Positions 28,474 through 37,279 of a DNA stretch of 64,000 nt are shown here, piece after piece. The stretch comes from an uncultured Clostridia bacterium (GTDB lineage Bacteria; Bacillota; Clostridia; Oscillospirales; Acutalibacteraceae). How positions within the stretch are numbered: position 1 is the first letter of the stretch; every line of letters begins with the position of its first letter. The notes beneath the pieces are model-generated. The model was not told where the DNA came from and did no database searches. It was given only the letters and a program-made list of their open reading frames with translations. The DNA lies in assembly GCA_937915775.1 (NCBI GenBank), contig CALGGQ010000352.1, forward strand, positions 343-64,342. The letters are read 5' to 3'. The translations under genes and the position numbers were made by a program.

Positions 28474-28508
28474 GAGCAGAGGGCGTTATGCTCTCTGCTC
28501 ATTTTTTT
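28474..28508 (+). terminator. Intrinsic terminator ending the transfer region
   Basis: gagcagagggc gttat gctctctgctc followed by T-run. Confidence 0.8.
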
Positions 28509-29100
28509 ATTTTAATAAATTTTCGTCTATACATAATATTTCAGCCAATTTTTCTCTTAACTCATCCAATAATTTTACAATATTTCTTTCTATCCGGCTG
28601 ATAGTATTTGGATCAACATCTATTAAATTAGCCAACTCCTTCTGCGTTAGACCATTTATCCTACGGTAGTATCTAACTTTTTCGCCAACAGTTGCTTCCT
28701 TATCAGGAATATCAGGCATGAGCAGTTTTATATTGAAGTTAAGCGTTTCAGAAATCTTCAATAGCAACGCTGCTGAAGGAACACGCCTGCCCGTTTCAAT
28801 TTCCGATAAGTATGCCTTGTTAATACCTAATGCAGCAGTTAAATCATCTCTGGTTAATCCCCGCTTTATTCGGTAATAGGAAACAATTTCCCCAACGGAC
28901 TTTTCGGATAAATTAACCTTATACTCTGCAAGACAAATACCAAATCTGCTCTCGATTTTTTCTATGTATTGTTGTTTAACCTTGCCGGACTTTTCAATTC
29001 TGCTCAGAGTGCGTGTTTTGATGCCGACTTCTTTGCTGAAATCGGTATATGAATATCCATTGCTTACTCTAAAATCTCTAATATGCTTACCTATATTCAT
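28507..29100 (-). CDS. XRE-family regulator with three tandem HTH domains
   Basis: Three G..I/V...R...G.[ST]...LS.IE units; GGAGG RBS before ATG 29100. Confidence 0.85.
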   Translation of the reverse strand: MNIGKHIRDFRVSNGYSYTDFSKEVGIKTRTLSRIEKSGKVKQQYIEKIESRFGICLAEYKVNLSEKSVGEIVSYYRIKRGLTRDDLTAALGINKAYLSEIETGRRVPSAALLLKISETLNFNIKLLMPDIPDKEATVGEKVRYYRRINGLTQKELANLIDVDPNTISRIERNIVKLLDELREKLAEILCIDENLLK

Positions 29101-29220
29101 AAAATCCTCCACAATAAAGGGCAGGGACACCCTAAAATAAATAAACATTGTCCAAAGCTATATCCATACGGAGAGCGTGACAAAGAAGTACACTGTGTGT
29201 AGGTGTGTGTCCTCATTATC

Positions 29221-29958
29221 CTATTTAATTCCTTTTATTTTTCGTTCAGCGCTTTCCAACTGCATCAGCCAACAAGCTCGACAATCAGAACACAACTTAA
29301 AAGCAACATTATCTATACGAATGGAATAGCAAGGATTATTGTTCTTATAACAGGAAAAACAGCGTTGACCGTTGAAAGATTCCGTATATATTATCTCAAT
29401 ATCTTTTGCCTCATCATAATAATAGGTGTGATCCTTATCAACAGTTCTTAAGCCCTTTACAAATGCCTGAAAGCAGCTGTTGCAAAAAGACAGACAAAAG
29501 GTATCTTTTACCCTATTTGTTTCAATGATGATTTTGGCATCTGTAGGCTCAATAATATGTCTTGCTGACTTACAAGGTACACCGTCAATATTGGTTATTT
29601 TTAGTTCTCTACCGGTAATGCCTTCCTTGTCTTTCTCTTGTGAAAAGCCGATATTTCGGAGCGATTTGTTGTGGCTCGTACAATCTATAACCTTCCGGTT
29701 AAGTCTGTTTATGAGCATATTGTGTGCGTCAATTCTTTTCTTTTCAGCCATTTCGGACTGAACAATTTTATTCTGCTCTTCTGCTTCTATGCCGGCTTTT
29801 AGCTCGGCGTTTTCTTTAAGAAGTCGATTAACCTTGCGTATTGCACTCTTTAATTTGTCCTGATAATATTTTTCCTGACGTTCTAATAACAGTTGCCGTG
29901 TAGCAATTTCTTCTCTACTTGTTTTTAGTTTCTTTTTGGGTTGATCTTTTTTAGCCAT
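29221..29958 (-). CDS. Hypothetical protein (coiled coil plus CxxC motifs)
   Basis: 245 aa, GAGGGG RBS; CNSC, CFSC, CSDC. Confidence 0.65.
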   Translation of the reverse strand: MAKKDQPKKKLKTSREEIATRQLLLERQEKYYQDKLKSAIRKVNRLLKENAELKAGIEAEEQNKIVQSEMAEKKRIDAHNMLINRLNRKVIDCTSHNKSLRNIGFSQEKDKEGITGRELKITNIDGVPCKSARHIIEPTDAKIIIETNRVKDTFCLSFCNSCFQAFVKGLRTVDKDHTYYYDEAKDIEIIYTESFNGQRCFSCYKNNNPCYSIRIDNVAFKLCSDCRACWLMQLESAERKIKGIK

Positions 29959-30208
29959 TTATATCCCCTCATAATTTATCATACTTTGTATTTTAATTTC
30001 AAGACTTAACTATTAAAGCTCACGATAATTAGAACAAATAAAATTAAAATGTCAAGAGAAAATGCAAAAATGTTCAAAAATAATACAAAAAATGTCAATT
30101 TCAGAGCAGAATTATAATAGTAAAGTCTGCGTTACTATGATAATAACATTGTCTTTGTATTATATCGCCGCTGAATGTATTAAAATATTCTTAAAAGAGG
30201 TGAGAAAG

Positions 30209-30529
30209 ATGGACGTTCTTGCAAAACTTGAAAGATTGATGAAGGAAAACGATTGGACATACTATCGTTTAGCGCAGGAAAGCGGTTTATCACAACCTAC
30301 AATAACCAATATTTTTAAGCGAAATGCCATCCCTCATATTGACACTCTTGAAAAAATATGCGATGCCTTTGGCTTATCTTTAGCACAATTCTTTATTGAA
30401 GATGATGAAAAATTTGTACCGCTCAATAACAGCCAAAAGGATTTGTTCAGGCATTGGGAAGCACTCCCAAAAGATAAAAAACGAATCATAGAAGATATGA
30501 TTGAATTAACTTACAAATCCACAAAGTAA
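30209..30529 (+). CDS. XRE-family HTH regulator
   Basis: YRLAQESGLSQPTITN...TLEKICDAFGLSLAQFF; GAGGTG RBS. Confidence 0.88.
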   Translation: MDVLAKLERLMKENDWTYYRLAQESGLSQPTITNIFKRNAIPHIDTLEKICDAFGLSLAQFFIEDDEKFVPLNNSQKDLFRHWEALPKDKKRIIEDMIELTYKSTK

Positions 30530-30560
30530 AGCAGCAAGCAACGAGTGCTTGCTGCTTTTT
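30528..30560. terminator. Bidirectional terminator
   Basis: aaagcagcaagca acgag tgcttgctgcttttt between convergent genes. Confidence 0.8.
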
Positions 30561-30739
30561 CATTTGGTGTTACTATTACTTATTTCGCCTTTTACTTTTG
30601 CTGCGCAAAGGGCAATAAATAATTGCGGGGACATATCATAACCGGCGGCTTTTATTGCTTCCTTGATACCGTCCTCAACTTCTTTGGGCGTAGTGTTGTA
30701 TTCCTCCGCTACCACTCGAAGCATCATTTTATAATTCAT
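30560..30739 (-). CDS. 59-aa protein resembling a Spo0A C-terminal-domain fragment
   Basis: GGAGGTG RBS; MNYKMMLRVVAEEYNTTPKEVEDGIKEAIKAAGYDMSPQLFIALCAAKV; not in the ORF track. Confidence 0.65.
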   Translation of the reverse strand: MNYKMMLRVVAEEYNTTPKEVEDGIKEAIKAAGYDMSPQLFIALCAAKVKGEISNSNTK

Positions 30740-30891
30740 TTCTTTTCACCTCCGAAAACACTCTACAACAAAAAGTTTGAAGAATTTGTCATATCTTGGC
30801 GATTATTCCACAATAGTTGTTAATCTCCACGATAAACTGTTAATTTTACCCACAATAATAGATATAATTAGCGTATAGTGGAGGTGATATT

Positions 30892-31221
30892 ATGAGTGAT
30901 TCAAAAGCATTTTCAAAAGAAATGGGACATAGAATTGCTATTCAACGTAAACGAAAAGGATATACGCAGGAGCAGCTCGCAGAGTTATCCGATGTATCGC
31001 CTCAACTCATTTCAACAGCTGAAAACGGAATACGAACCATCAGTGCTGAAAAACTATTTCGCATTAGTCAGGCACTTGGTGTAAGTTCAGATTATCTGCT
31101 TTCAGGTGAATTTAGTGAAACTGACGAAACATATCTTATAGATACGCTCAATAAAGCCAATTCAAAGCAAAAAATGGCTATTGAGAAAATATGTGAAATC
31201 ATTTTTGATTTAGACGAATAA
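30892..31221 (+). CDS. XRE-family HTH regulator
   Basis: RKRKGYTQEQLAE...ISTAENG...LGVSSDYLL; GGAGGTG RBS. Confidence 0.9.
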   Translation: MSDSKAFSKEMGHRIAIQRKRKGYTQEQLAELSDVSPQLISTAENGIRTISAEKLFRISQALGVSSDYLLSGEFSETDETYLIDTLNKANSKQKMAIEKICEIIFDLDE

Positions 31222-31250
31222 AGGCATCTGCTTTTGCAGACGCCTTTTTA
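31220..31250. terminator. Bidirectional terminator
   Basis: aaaggcatctgc tttt gcagacgccttttt. Confidence 0.7.
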
Positions 31251-31667
31251 TTATGGTTCTAATTCAATGCGAGACACATCATCAATAGATATTTTTGTAT
31301 TATCAGTTAAATGGATAATTCTTTCAACCTCATCAATTCGGCGTACATTGCCTTTGACAGTAATATAAGCGCCGCCTTCCTTTTTCTCATCAGGAACAAA
31401 ATAAGTAATGGAAGCCTCCGGCTTTGATTTTATATTATCTATAATAAGGTGTAATCTTTCATTAAGAAGCGACATATCCTCGTTGCTTAATTCAAGCCGT
31501 TCATCTGTAAGCCTTGCCGTTTCTATAATCTCCTCGTCATATCCTCTTAGTGCAGCAAAAGGTGCAAATTGAGCTGCTCTGTCTTGCAGGCTCATATGAG
31601 GTCGTTTATCCGACTGATGATGAGGCATATCAATAATGTCGCTATAATTACTTGTTGTGTTGTTCAT
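31251..31667 (-). CDS. YolD-like protein (partner of Y-family polymerases)
   Basis: MSLQDRAAQFAPFAALRGY and TYFVPDEKKEGGAY motifs. Confidence 0.85.
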   Translation of the reverse strand: MNNTTSNYSDIIDMPHHQSDKRPHMSLQDRAAQFAPFAALRGYDEEIIETARLTDERLELSNEDMSLLNERLHLIIDNIKSKPEASITYFVPDEKKEGGAYITVKGNVRRIDEVERIIHLTDNTKISIDDVSRIELEP

Positions 31668-31680
31668 TATACTATACCTG

Positions 31681-31890
31681 TCATTTTTTGAAAATTCTCG
31701 TTATGTTTTTACCATCAATTTTTACAAATTCTTGAGTGGTTTCTCCAACATATTTTAAAACATCGTGCCAATGGTTATTGAATTTAAAAAGTAATTTACC
31801 GTCAATCTGTTTTGTGGGACAAGTGTAGGTTCTTCCGTTTGAAATTACTTGCACCCAACCCAATATTTTATTGATTCCTGTTATACGCAT
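31681..31890 (-). CDS. Hypothetical protein
   Basis: AAGGAG RBS, 69 aa, within the polymerase operon. Confidence 0.65.
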   Translation of the reverse strand: MRITGINKILGWVQVISNGRTYTCPTKQIDGKLLFKFNNHWHDVLKYVGETTQEFVKIDGKNITRIFKK

Positions 31891-31901
31891 TTTTCTCTCC
31901 T

Positions 31902-33401
31902 TTAAGCTTTATGACCGCCAATTTGTTTATTGCGTTCAATGGCAGTTGCACCTTCCTGCAAGTTCTTACCCGTCAGTATGGCGTTCTTTCCGAATTTCTT
32001 TTGAATATCAAGCATAGCGTGCTGAATATTCTTTTCCTTAGCAAGAGCCTCATCCTCTTGCTCTTTTTCTTTTGCAGCAGCCACATAGTCCGTAAAAAAG
32101 TCAAGCTGTTCGCCCTGCGGTGCATCCTTTTCAATATCCTTTTCGTATTTGATATGATTGAACACAACATACATACGGCGAACAAGCAATCGTTCGTCAA
32201 CAATGCGTGTGTATAATCGCATCATCGCTTCCTGAATCAGCTTTGTTGAGGAGGTATAACGCCCAATATTCTCTGTGCTGTGGGCTGATTTCGGTACTTT
32301 TCTTCCGTACCAATCCTCTTTTACCTCTCCGTCATATTCTCTGCCGTATTTGAGATTATCAATATCATAGCCGATAGTCAAATCTACTTGGTCAGTTACC
32401 AAGCCCTTGTCAACAATATCAAGCACAAGACCGTCCGTCATTTCCTTTACAATCAGCCTTGCTTTTTCATAGACATACGGCTCTTGTAATACTTGTCCTA
32501 CACTAACAGATTTTGCCTGTGGCTTATATGCCTTAATCTCAGCAATGGTGCAAGGCTCCCAGCCCCATGCGTGGTCTATCAGTAATTCCGCATTAATGCC
32601 GAACAATTTATATAACAGGTCCTCATTATTGATGGAGCAACGGGCAATATCTCCCATTGTATATATACCTGCACTCTCAAGTCTGTTTTTGTAGCCTCTG
32701 CCTACTCGCCAAAAATCAGTAATTGGTGTATGCGACCATAACTTTTCACGGTAACTCATTTCGTCAAGCTCTGCAATTCTCACACCATCTTTGTCTGCTG
32801 GGATATGCTTTGCAACAATATCCATAGCAATTTTGCAGAGATAAAGATTTGTACCGATTCCTGCTGTTGCTGTTATGCCCGTTGTTTCAAGTACATCACG
32901 AATCATTGTCATAGCCAGCTCGTGAGCTGTCATATTGTATGATTTCAGATAATTTGTTGCGTCAATAAATACCTCGTCTATGGAGTAAACATGAATATCC
33001 TCGGCAGCAATATACTTCAAATAAATTTCATAAATGCTTGCGCTGACCTTTTCGTAGTGCAGCATCTGAGGCGGTGCAACGATATAGTCAAGCTCAAGCG
33101 CAGGGTTCGCCTTGATTTCCGTATCATCGCTTGATTTTCCGATAAAGGTATTGTTCGGTGCTTTCCACTTGCGCTGAATGTTTACTTGCTTTACCTGTTC
33201 AACGACTTCAAAAAGCCTTGCTCTGCCTGAAATACCGTATGACTTCAACGAGGGAGAAACGGCAAGACAGATTGTCTTTTCCGTTCTGCTTAAATCAGCA
33301 ACAACAAGATTGGTGGTGAGCGGATCAAGTCCCCGTTCCACACACTCAACAGAGGCATAGAAGGACTTTAAGTCAATAGCGATATATTGCTTTTTAGACA
33401 T
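31902..33401 (-). CDS. Y-family (UmuC/ImpB/DinB-like) error-prone DNA polymerase
   Basis: AIDLKSFYASVEC, YSIDEVFID, C-terminal QLDFF and GGH. Confidence 0.92.
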   Translation of the reverse strand: MSKKQYIAIDLKSFYASVECVERGLDPLTTNLVVADLSRTEKTICLAVSPSLKSYGISGRARLFEVVEQVKQVNIQRKWKAPNNTFIGKSSDDTEIKANPALELDYIVAPPQMLHYEKVSASIYEIYLKYIAAEDIHVYSIDEVFIDATNYLKSYNMTAHELAMTMIRDVLETTGITATAGIGTNLYLCKIAMDIVAKHIPADKDGVRIAELDEMSYREKLWSHTPITDFWRVGRGYKNRLESAGIYTMGDIARCSINNEDLLYKLFGINAELLIDHAWGWEPCTIAEIKAYKPQAKSVSVGQVLQEPYVYEKARLIVKEMTDGLVLDIVDKGLVTDQVDLTIGYDIDNLKYGREYDGEVKEDWYGRKVPKSAHSTENIGRYTSSTKLIQEAMMRLYTRIVDERLLVRRMYVVFNHIKYEKDIEKDAPQGEQLDFFTDYVAAAKEKEQEDEALAKEKNIQHAMLDIQKKFGKNAILTGKNLQEGATAIERNKQIGGHKA

Positions 33402-33427
33402 ATCTATACCTCCTTTGCTTTTCTTCT

Positions 33428-33498
33428 ATTTTAGCATAACACAAATGTCAGTTCAACTTTTGATTTATATTGACTATTCCGGTTCATAATGATAAAAT
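33428..33498. promoter_or_regulatory. Back-to-back sigma-A promoters
   Basis: Minus strand TTGAAC-17-TAAAAT (33456-33428) toward the polymerase; plus strand TTGACT-17-TAAAAT (33470-33498); both with TG extension. Confidence 0.65.
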
Positions 33499-33641
33499 AT
33501 GAGTTGCCAAATACTTCAAATTTAAAACCTTTAATCCAAGTGTGTATTTTTATCTTATGATAAAAATGCAGGCTCTCTTTTGCATACTATGGATTAATGG
33601 TTGTAGAAGTGTTTGGCGACAGTTGGAGCATTGCGTTTTTT

Positions 33642-33672
33642 GGCGTACAGTTTCGGCTGTGCGTCTTTTTTA
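33642..33672 (+). terminator. Intrinsic terminator in the leader of the SLOG gene
   Basis: ggcgtacagt ttcg gctgtgcgtc tttttt. Confidence 0.7.
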
Positions 33673-33686
33673 TTGTGGCGGTTGAA

Positions 33687-34169
33687 ATGAGAGAAAAAAC
33701 TTGTTGCTTTACAGGTCATCGAATTTTACCTAAAGCAGAAATACCTACCATAAAATCAAAATTAAAAAAGGCCATCATTGAGCTAATCAATGACGGCGTT
33801 ATTTACTTTGCCACAGGTGGTGCATTAGGATTTGATACCCTTGCTGCACAAACAATTCTTGATTTAAAAACAGACTATCCACAAATTAAACTTATTCTTG
33901 TTTTACCTTGCAACAATCAAGCAGAAAAATGGAAACAAAGCGATATAGATATATATGAGTACATCAAGCACAAAGCTGATAAATGTATTTATACAAGTGA
34001 AAAGTATTATGATGGTTGTATGCAGAAAAGAAATAGACATCTTGTAGATAATAGCAAGTACTGTATTTGCTATTTGAAATATCAACGAGGTGGTACATTT
34101 TATACATACAATTATTCAAAACATCAACACCTACGACTGATTAATGTCGCAAATAAAACAAAAACCTAA
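33687..34169 (+). CDS. DUF1273/YpsA-like SLOG-family protein
   Basis: CCFTGHR, GGALGFD, CMQKRNRHLVD, RGGTFYT. Confidence 0.85.
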   Translation: MREKTCCFTGHRILPKAEIPTIKSKLKKAIIELINDGVIYFATGGALGFDTLAAQTILDLKTDYPQIKLILVLPCNNQAEKWKQSDIDIYEYIKHKADKCIYTSEKYYDGCMQKRNRHLVDNSKYCICYLKYQRGGTFYTYNYSKHQHLRLINVANKTKT

Positions 34170-34195
34170 CGCTTGGAAAGTAGGGCGTTAGGTTT
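34161..34195. terminator. Bidirectional terminator abutting the left recombination site
   Basis: aaacctaacgc...gcgttaggttt, A-run on the left side. Confidence 0.7.
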
Positions 34196-34215
34196 CGTAG
34201 AACTCATACTTCTAC
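34193..34215. repeat. Left inversion site (IRL)
   Basis: tttcgtagaa-ctcatac-ttctac; exact reverse complement of 35322-35344. Confidence 0.92.
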
Positions 34216-34233
34216 ACAAACACACTCTATTCT

Positions 34234-34261
34234 ATTATATACAAATTAGAATAAAAATCAA
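34234..34261 (-). promoter_or_regulatory. Outward-facing sigma-A-type promoter inside the invertible segment
   Basis: Minus strand TTGATT (34261-34256) - 16 nt - TATAAT (34239-34234), pointing through IRL. Confidence 0.72.
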
Positions 34262-34343
34262 GTAAATACAGACATTTTATCAAACTCGTTACGCCTTTAT
34301 TCGTTCTTGCCGATAAAAAAATATGATATAAGGAGGTATTCCC

Positions 34344-35288
34344 TTGATTAATCAAGATTATAAAATTGACAATATTTCTTTTGCTGTTGTGCTAGATATG
34401 TGGCTGGTATCCAATAAGGTGCATATCAAACATTCAACATATGATAAATACAATTACATCATAGAAAGGCATATTGTACCTGATTTGGGTAGCTTTCCTA
34501 TTTCAATGTTAAACTCCGTAACAATTAACGAATTTCTTAACAATAAATTAAATAACGGTGGAATTGAATCAGGTGAACCGTTAGCTCCATCTTATGTTGG
34601 AACAATGTCTCTGATAATCAGTTCTACTATGCAGTTTGCAGCAAATGAGAATTTCTGCTCACAGTTGAAAAACCCCATTTTCAAACCAACGAATAATTCA
34701 AGCAATTTTCACATTCTCAATAAGAAAGATAGCAATAAACTAACTGAGAACATCGCTGGTGAATTAGATGAAACTGGATTAGGTATATTATTGGCATTGT
34801 ATATGGGATTAAGAATTGGAGAGATTTGTGCGTTGAAATGGGAAGATATTGATTTTTATAATAATCTGTTATTTGTTCACTCAACGGTTTCCAGAGTTAA
34901 AAATGATAACAAAACTGAATATGTGATTGATACTCCGAAAACAAAATCATCAATCAGGCAGATTCCGATTCCTAAAAAGATAATCGGCTTCATAAAATCC
35001 GTTTATCAACAACGAAAATCAGATTATGTTATATCTAATAAGGCAGGTTTTGTTATACCAAGAAGTTTTGAGTATCGTTATCACAAAGTTTTGAAACAAA
35101 CAGGGATTGAAGCTATAAACTTCCACTCGCTAAGACATACATTTGCAACTAATTGTATCTCAAACGGTATGGATGTTAAATCCCTGAGTGAAATACTCGG
35201 ACACGCTAACACAAATACCACAATGCAAATTTATGTTCACCCTTCAATGGATATAAAACGTAAACAAATTAACAAGGTTTTTCAATAA
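34344..35288 (+). CDS. Tyrosine recombinase (probable invertase)
   Basis: GLRIGE, PKTK, FHSLRHTFAT, LGH...IYVH catalytic set; 314 aa, no evident N-terminal arm-binding domain; TTG start with AAGGAGG. Confidence 0.93.
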   Translation: MINQDYKIDNISFAVVLDMWLVSNKVHIKHSTYDKYNYIIERHIVPDLGSFPISMLNSVTINEFLNNKLNNGGIESGEPLAPSYVGTMSLIISSTMQFAANENFCSQLKNPIFKPTNNSSNFHILNKKDSNKLTENIAGELDETGLGILLALYMGLRIGEICALKWEDIDFYNNLLFVHSTVSRVKNDNKTEYVIDTPKTKSSIRQIPIPKKIIGFIKSVYQQRKSDYVISNKAGFVIPRSFEYRYHKVLKQTGIEAINFHSLRHTFATNCISNGMDVKSLSEILGHANTNTTMQIYVHPSMDIKRKQINKVFQ

Positions 35289-35320
35289 AAGCAGCAGGTC
35301 AAAACTGACCTGCTGCTTTT
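35287..35320. terminator. Strong bidirectional terminator inside the invertible segment
   Basis: aaaagcagcaggtca aaac tgacctgctgctttt, perfect 15-bp stem. Confidence 0.9.
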
Positions 35321-35345
35321 CGTAGAAGTATGAGTTCTACGAAAA
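35317..35345. repeat. Right inversion site (IRR)
   Basis: ttttcgtagaa-gtatgag-ttctacgaaaa: 11-bp palindromic arms around an asymmetric 7-bp core. Confidence 0.92.
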
Positions 35346-35373
35346 AATTATATATTCATTTGCGGAGCTATCT

Positions 35374-36480
35374 ATGAAGTTAAAATACAAAAAAAAGAAA
35401 AACACTGTTATGGTAACTATAAAGTTACCTAAAGATGCTGTAATTAATCTTAACCAGTATGATACTCTGGCAAAAAGCAATAGGCTTAGTTTAGCTAAGT
35501 TGGAAAGTGTAAAAAAGAATAAATTGGCATATTCCATTTCTAATGTTGTAACACTAAGTGAACATTTAAAAACCGAAATAGGTAAAGATGAATGCATTTA
35601 TATTATAGAACAGATAATTGAAATTTACCAAGTGATCAATGAATGTGGACTAAGTGATTCAAATTTATTGATGAGCGATAGCGAAATTTTCATAAACACT
35701 TCTACGTTTGAGTTGTTTTTTGTATATGTTCCTGTAATATCCGTTTCGGAGAAGTTGAATATCATACAATGTATTAAACAGACAATTAATCAGTTCAAGT
35801 TGCCTAAACAGGATTCCTCCTTTCTGATTGAACTGAATAAATTTGTTAAACATACAAAAGTATCTGATGTAAAGGAAATCAAGATATATTTAGAAAAAAC
35901 TAAAAAAATGGATTTCTTTACTGCAAATAAAAACAGTACGGCTTCCGACAATAATTATGACGATGATGTAACAGATGTTATGCAAATCGATATTGATAAC
36001 GATGTAACTGATGTTATGAAGGAAATGTCTACAATTGGTACTGCACAACAGAACAACAATAGCGCTCATATTTCATTACCAACATCTGTCACGAAGGAAG
36101 GAACAGATGATGAAACCATATACTTAGATGACGATGAAACCTTAATTGGTAATTGTGATTATGAAGCACAAAGTAAAGATGCCAACAATGTGTTTTTAAA
36201 GAGACTTTCTACTGAGGAAACGATAGTTATAGATAAACCTGTTTTTAGAATCGGGAAGGAAGTCGGATGCGTAGATTATGTTGTAAGCAACAATGTAGCA
36301 ATCAGTAGAAGTCACGCAGATATTATTAGCAGAAAAGGTAAATATTATGTGTTTGATCTTCGCTCTAAAAACAAAAGTTATGTAAACAATCGAGTGCTTC
36401 CTGCTGAAAAAGAAATAGAAATCACTAATGGCGATATACTTAAACTTGCGAACGAGGAATTTGTTTTTCAAACAATATAA
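35374..36480 (+). CDS. FHA-domain protein (DUF6382-like N-terminus)
   Basis: C-terminal FRIGK...ISRSHA...DLRSKNKSYVN; Thr/Asp-rich linker. Confidence 0.88.
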   Translation: MKLKYKKKKNTVMVTIKLPKDAVINLNQYDTLAKSNRLSLAKLESVKKNKLAYSISNVVTLSEHLKTEIGKDECIYIIEQIIEIYQVINECGLSDSNLLMSDSEIFINTSTFELFFVYVPVISVSEKLNIIQCIKQTINQFKLPKQDSSFLIELNKFVKHTKVSDVKEIKIYLEKTKKMDFFTANKNSTASDNNYDDDVTDVMQIDIDNDVTDVMKEMSTIGTAQQNNNSAHISLPTSVTKEGTDDETIYLDDDETLIGNCDYEAQSKDANNVFLKRLSTEETIVIDKPVFRIGKEVGCVDYVVSNNVAISRSHADIISRKGKYYVFDLRSKNKSYVNNRVLPAEKEIEITNGDILKLANEEFVFQTI

Positions 36481-36486
36481 ATTAAT

Positions 36487-37266
36487 ATGAAAAAATCTTA
36501 CCAAACATTTGCAATATCCGATATTGGAACATCGAAAAGAGTGAATCAAGATAGTTTAATTGTAAAACACAAAGTGATATTGCACAAAGAAGTTCTAATG
36601 GCAATTATTTGTGACGGAGTTGGTGGGTTATCAAAAGGAGAAATAGCAAGTTCAACAGTTATTGATGAATTTCGCAAATGGTTTACCAAGCATCTAAAAA
36701 ATGAGCTCCGAGATGTTGATATGCGTGTAATTGGAAGTAAGTGGGAGCTTTTAGCAAAGAGCATCAATTCCGAAATACGTGAATACTCAGAAAAAATCAA
36801 TATTAAAATGGGAACTACTCTTACGGGTGTTCTCTTTATCGATGATGAGTATATTGTTGTACATGTTGGAGATAGTCGCCTCTATTATATTGGCAATGAA
36901 CTTACTCAATTAACTGAAGATCATACAATTGTAGCAAGAGAGGTAAAAAAAGGAATACTGACTCCTGAGCAAGCAGAAAAAGACAAAAGAAAACATATTA
37001 TTTTTCAATGCATAGGAGCTAATCACGAAGTCGCTCCACAAATCATAACAGGAAAAAGTGAATCCGGGGTGTATTTGTTGTGCTCCGATGGGTTCAGAAA
37101 TCGTTTATCTGAACAAGAAATGATTAGTGCATTTCAAAATAGCAATATCAAAGAAATAAAGCAAAATTGTAAGGCTATTATTGAAACCGTAAAAGAACGT
37201 GGTGAAAGAGATAATATATCTGTCATTGCTATTAGAAGAAATCAAGCAGAATTAGCTATATCATAA
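36487..37266 (+). CDS. PP2C-family Ser/Thr phosphatase
   Basis: NQD, CDGVGG, MGTT, HVGDSR, LCSDG, RDNIS. Confidence 0.93.
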   Translation: MKKSYQTFAISDIGTSKRVNQDSLIVKHKVILHKEVLMAIICDGVGGLSKGEIASSTVIDEFRKWFTKHLKNELRDVDMRVIGSKWELLAKSINSEIREYSEKINIKMGTTLTGVLFIDDEYIVVHVGDSRLYYIGNELTQLTEDHTIVAREVKKGILTPEQAEKDKRKHIIFQCIGANHEVAPQIITGKSESGVYLLCSDGFRNRLSEQEMISAFQNSNIKEIKQNCKAIIETVKERGERDNISVIAIRRNQAELAIS

Positions 37267-37279
37267 ATAAGGAATACAT

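Larger units (their letters stand above)
34193..35345. mobile_element. Invertible DNA segment carrying its own recombinase
   Basis: 23-bp perfect IRs with inverted 7-bp cores enclose a promoter, the recombinase gene and a terminator. Confidence 0.85.

Noticed and set aside
30623..30823. 66-aa plus-strand ORF
   Set aside because: No RBS; the opposite-strand 59-aa ORF has a strong RBS and a recognisable pattern
33434..33456. Canonical SOS box in the polymerase promoter
   Set aside because: taacacaaatgtcagttc matches neither GAAC-N4-GTTC nor the lexA palindrome spacing
34344..35288. Recombinase as the integrase of a separate T7SS island
   Set aside because: It lacks an evident arm-binding domain and is flanked by inverted, not direct, sites; I saw no third site copy at the far end of the cargo, though this was by eye only
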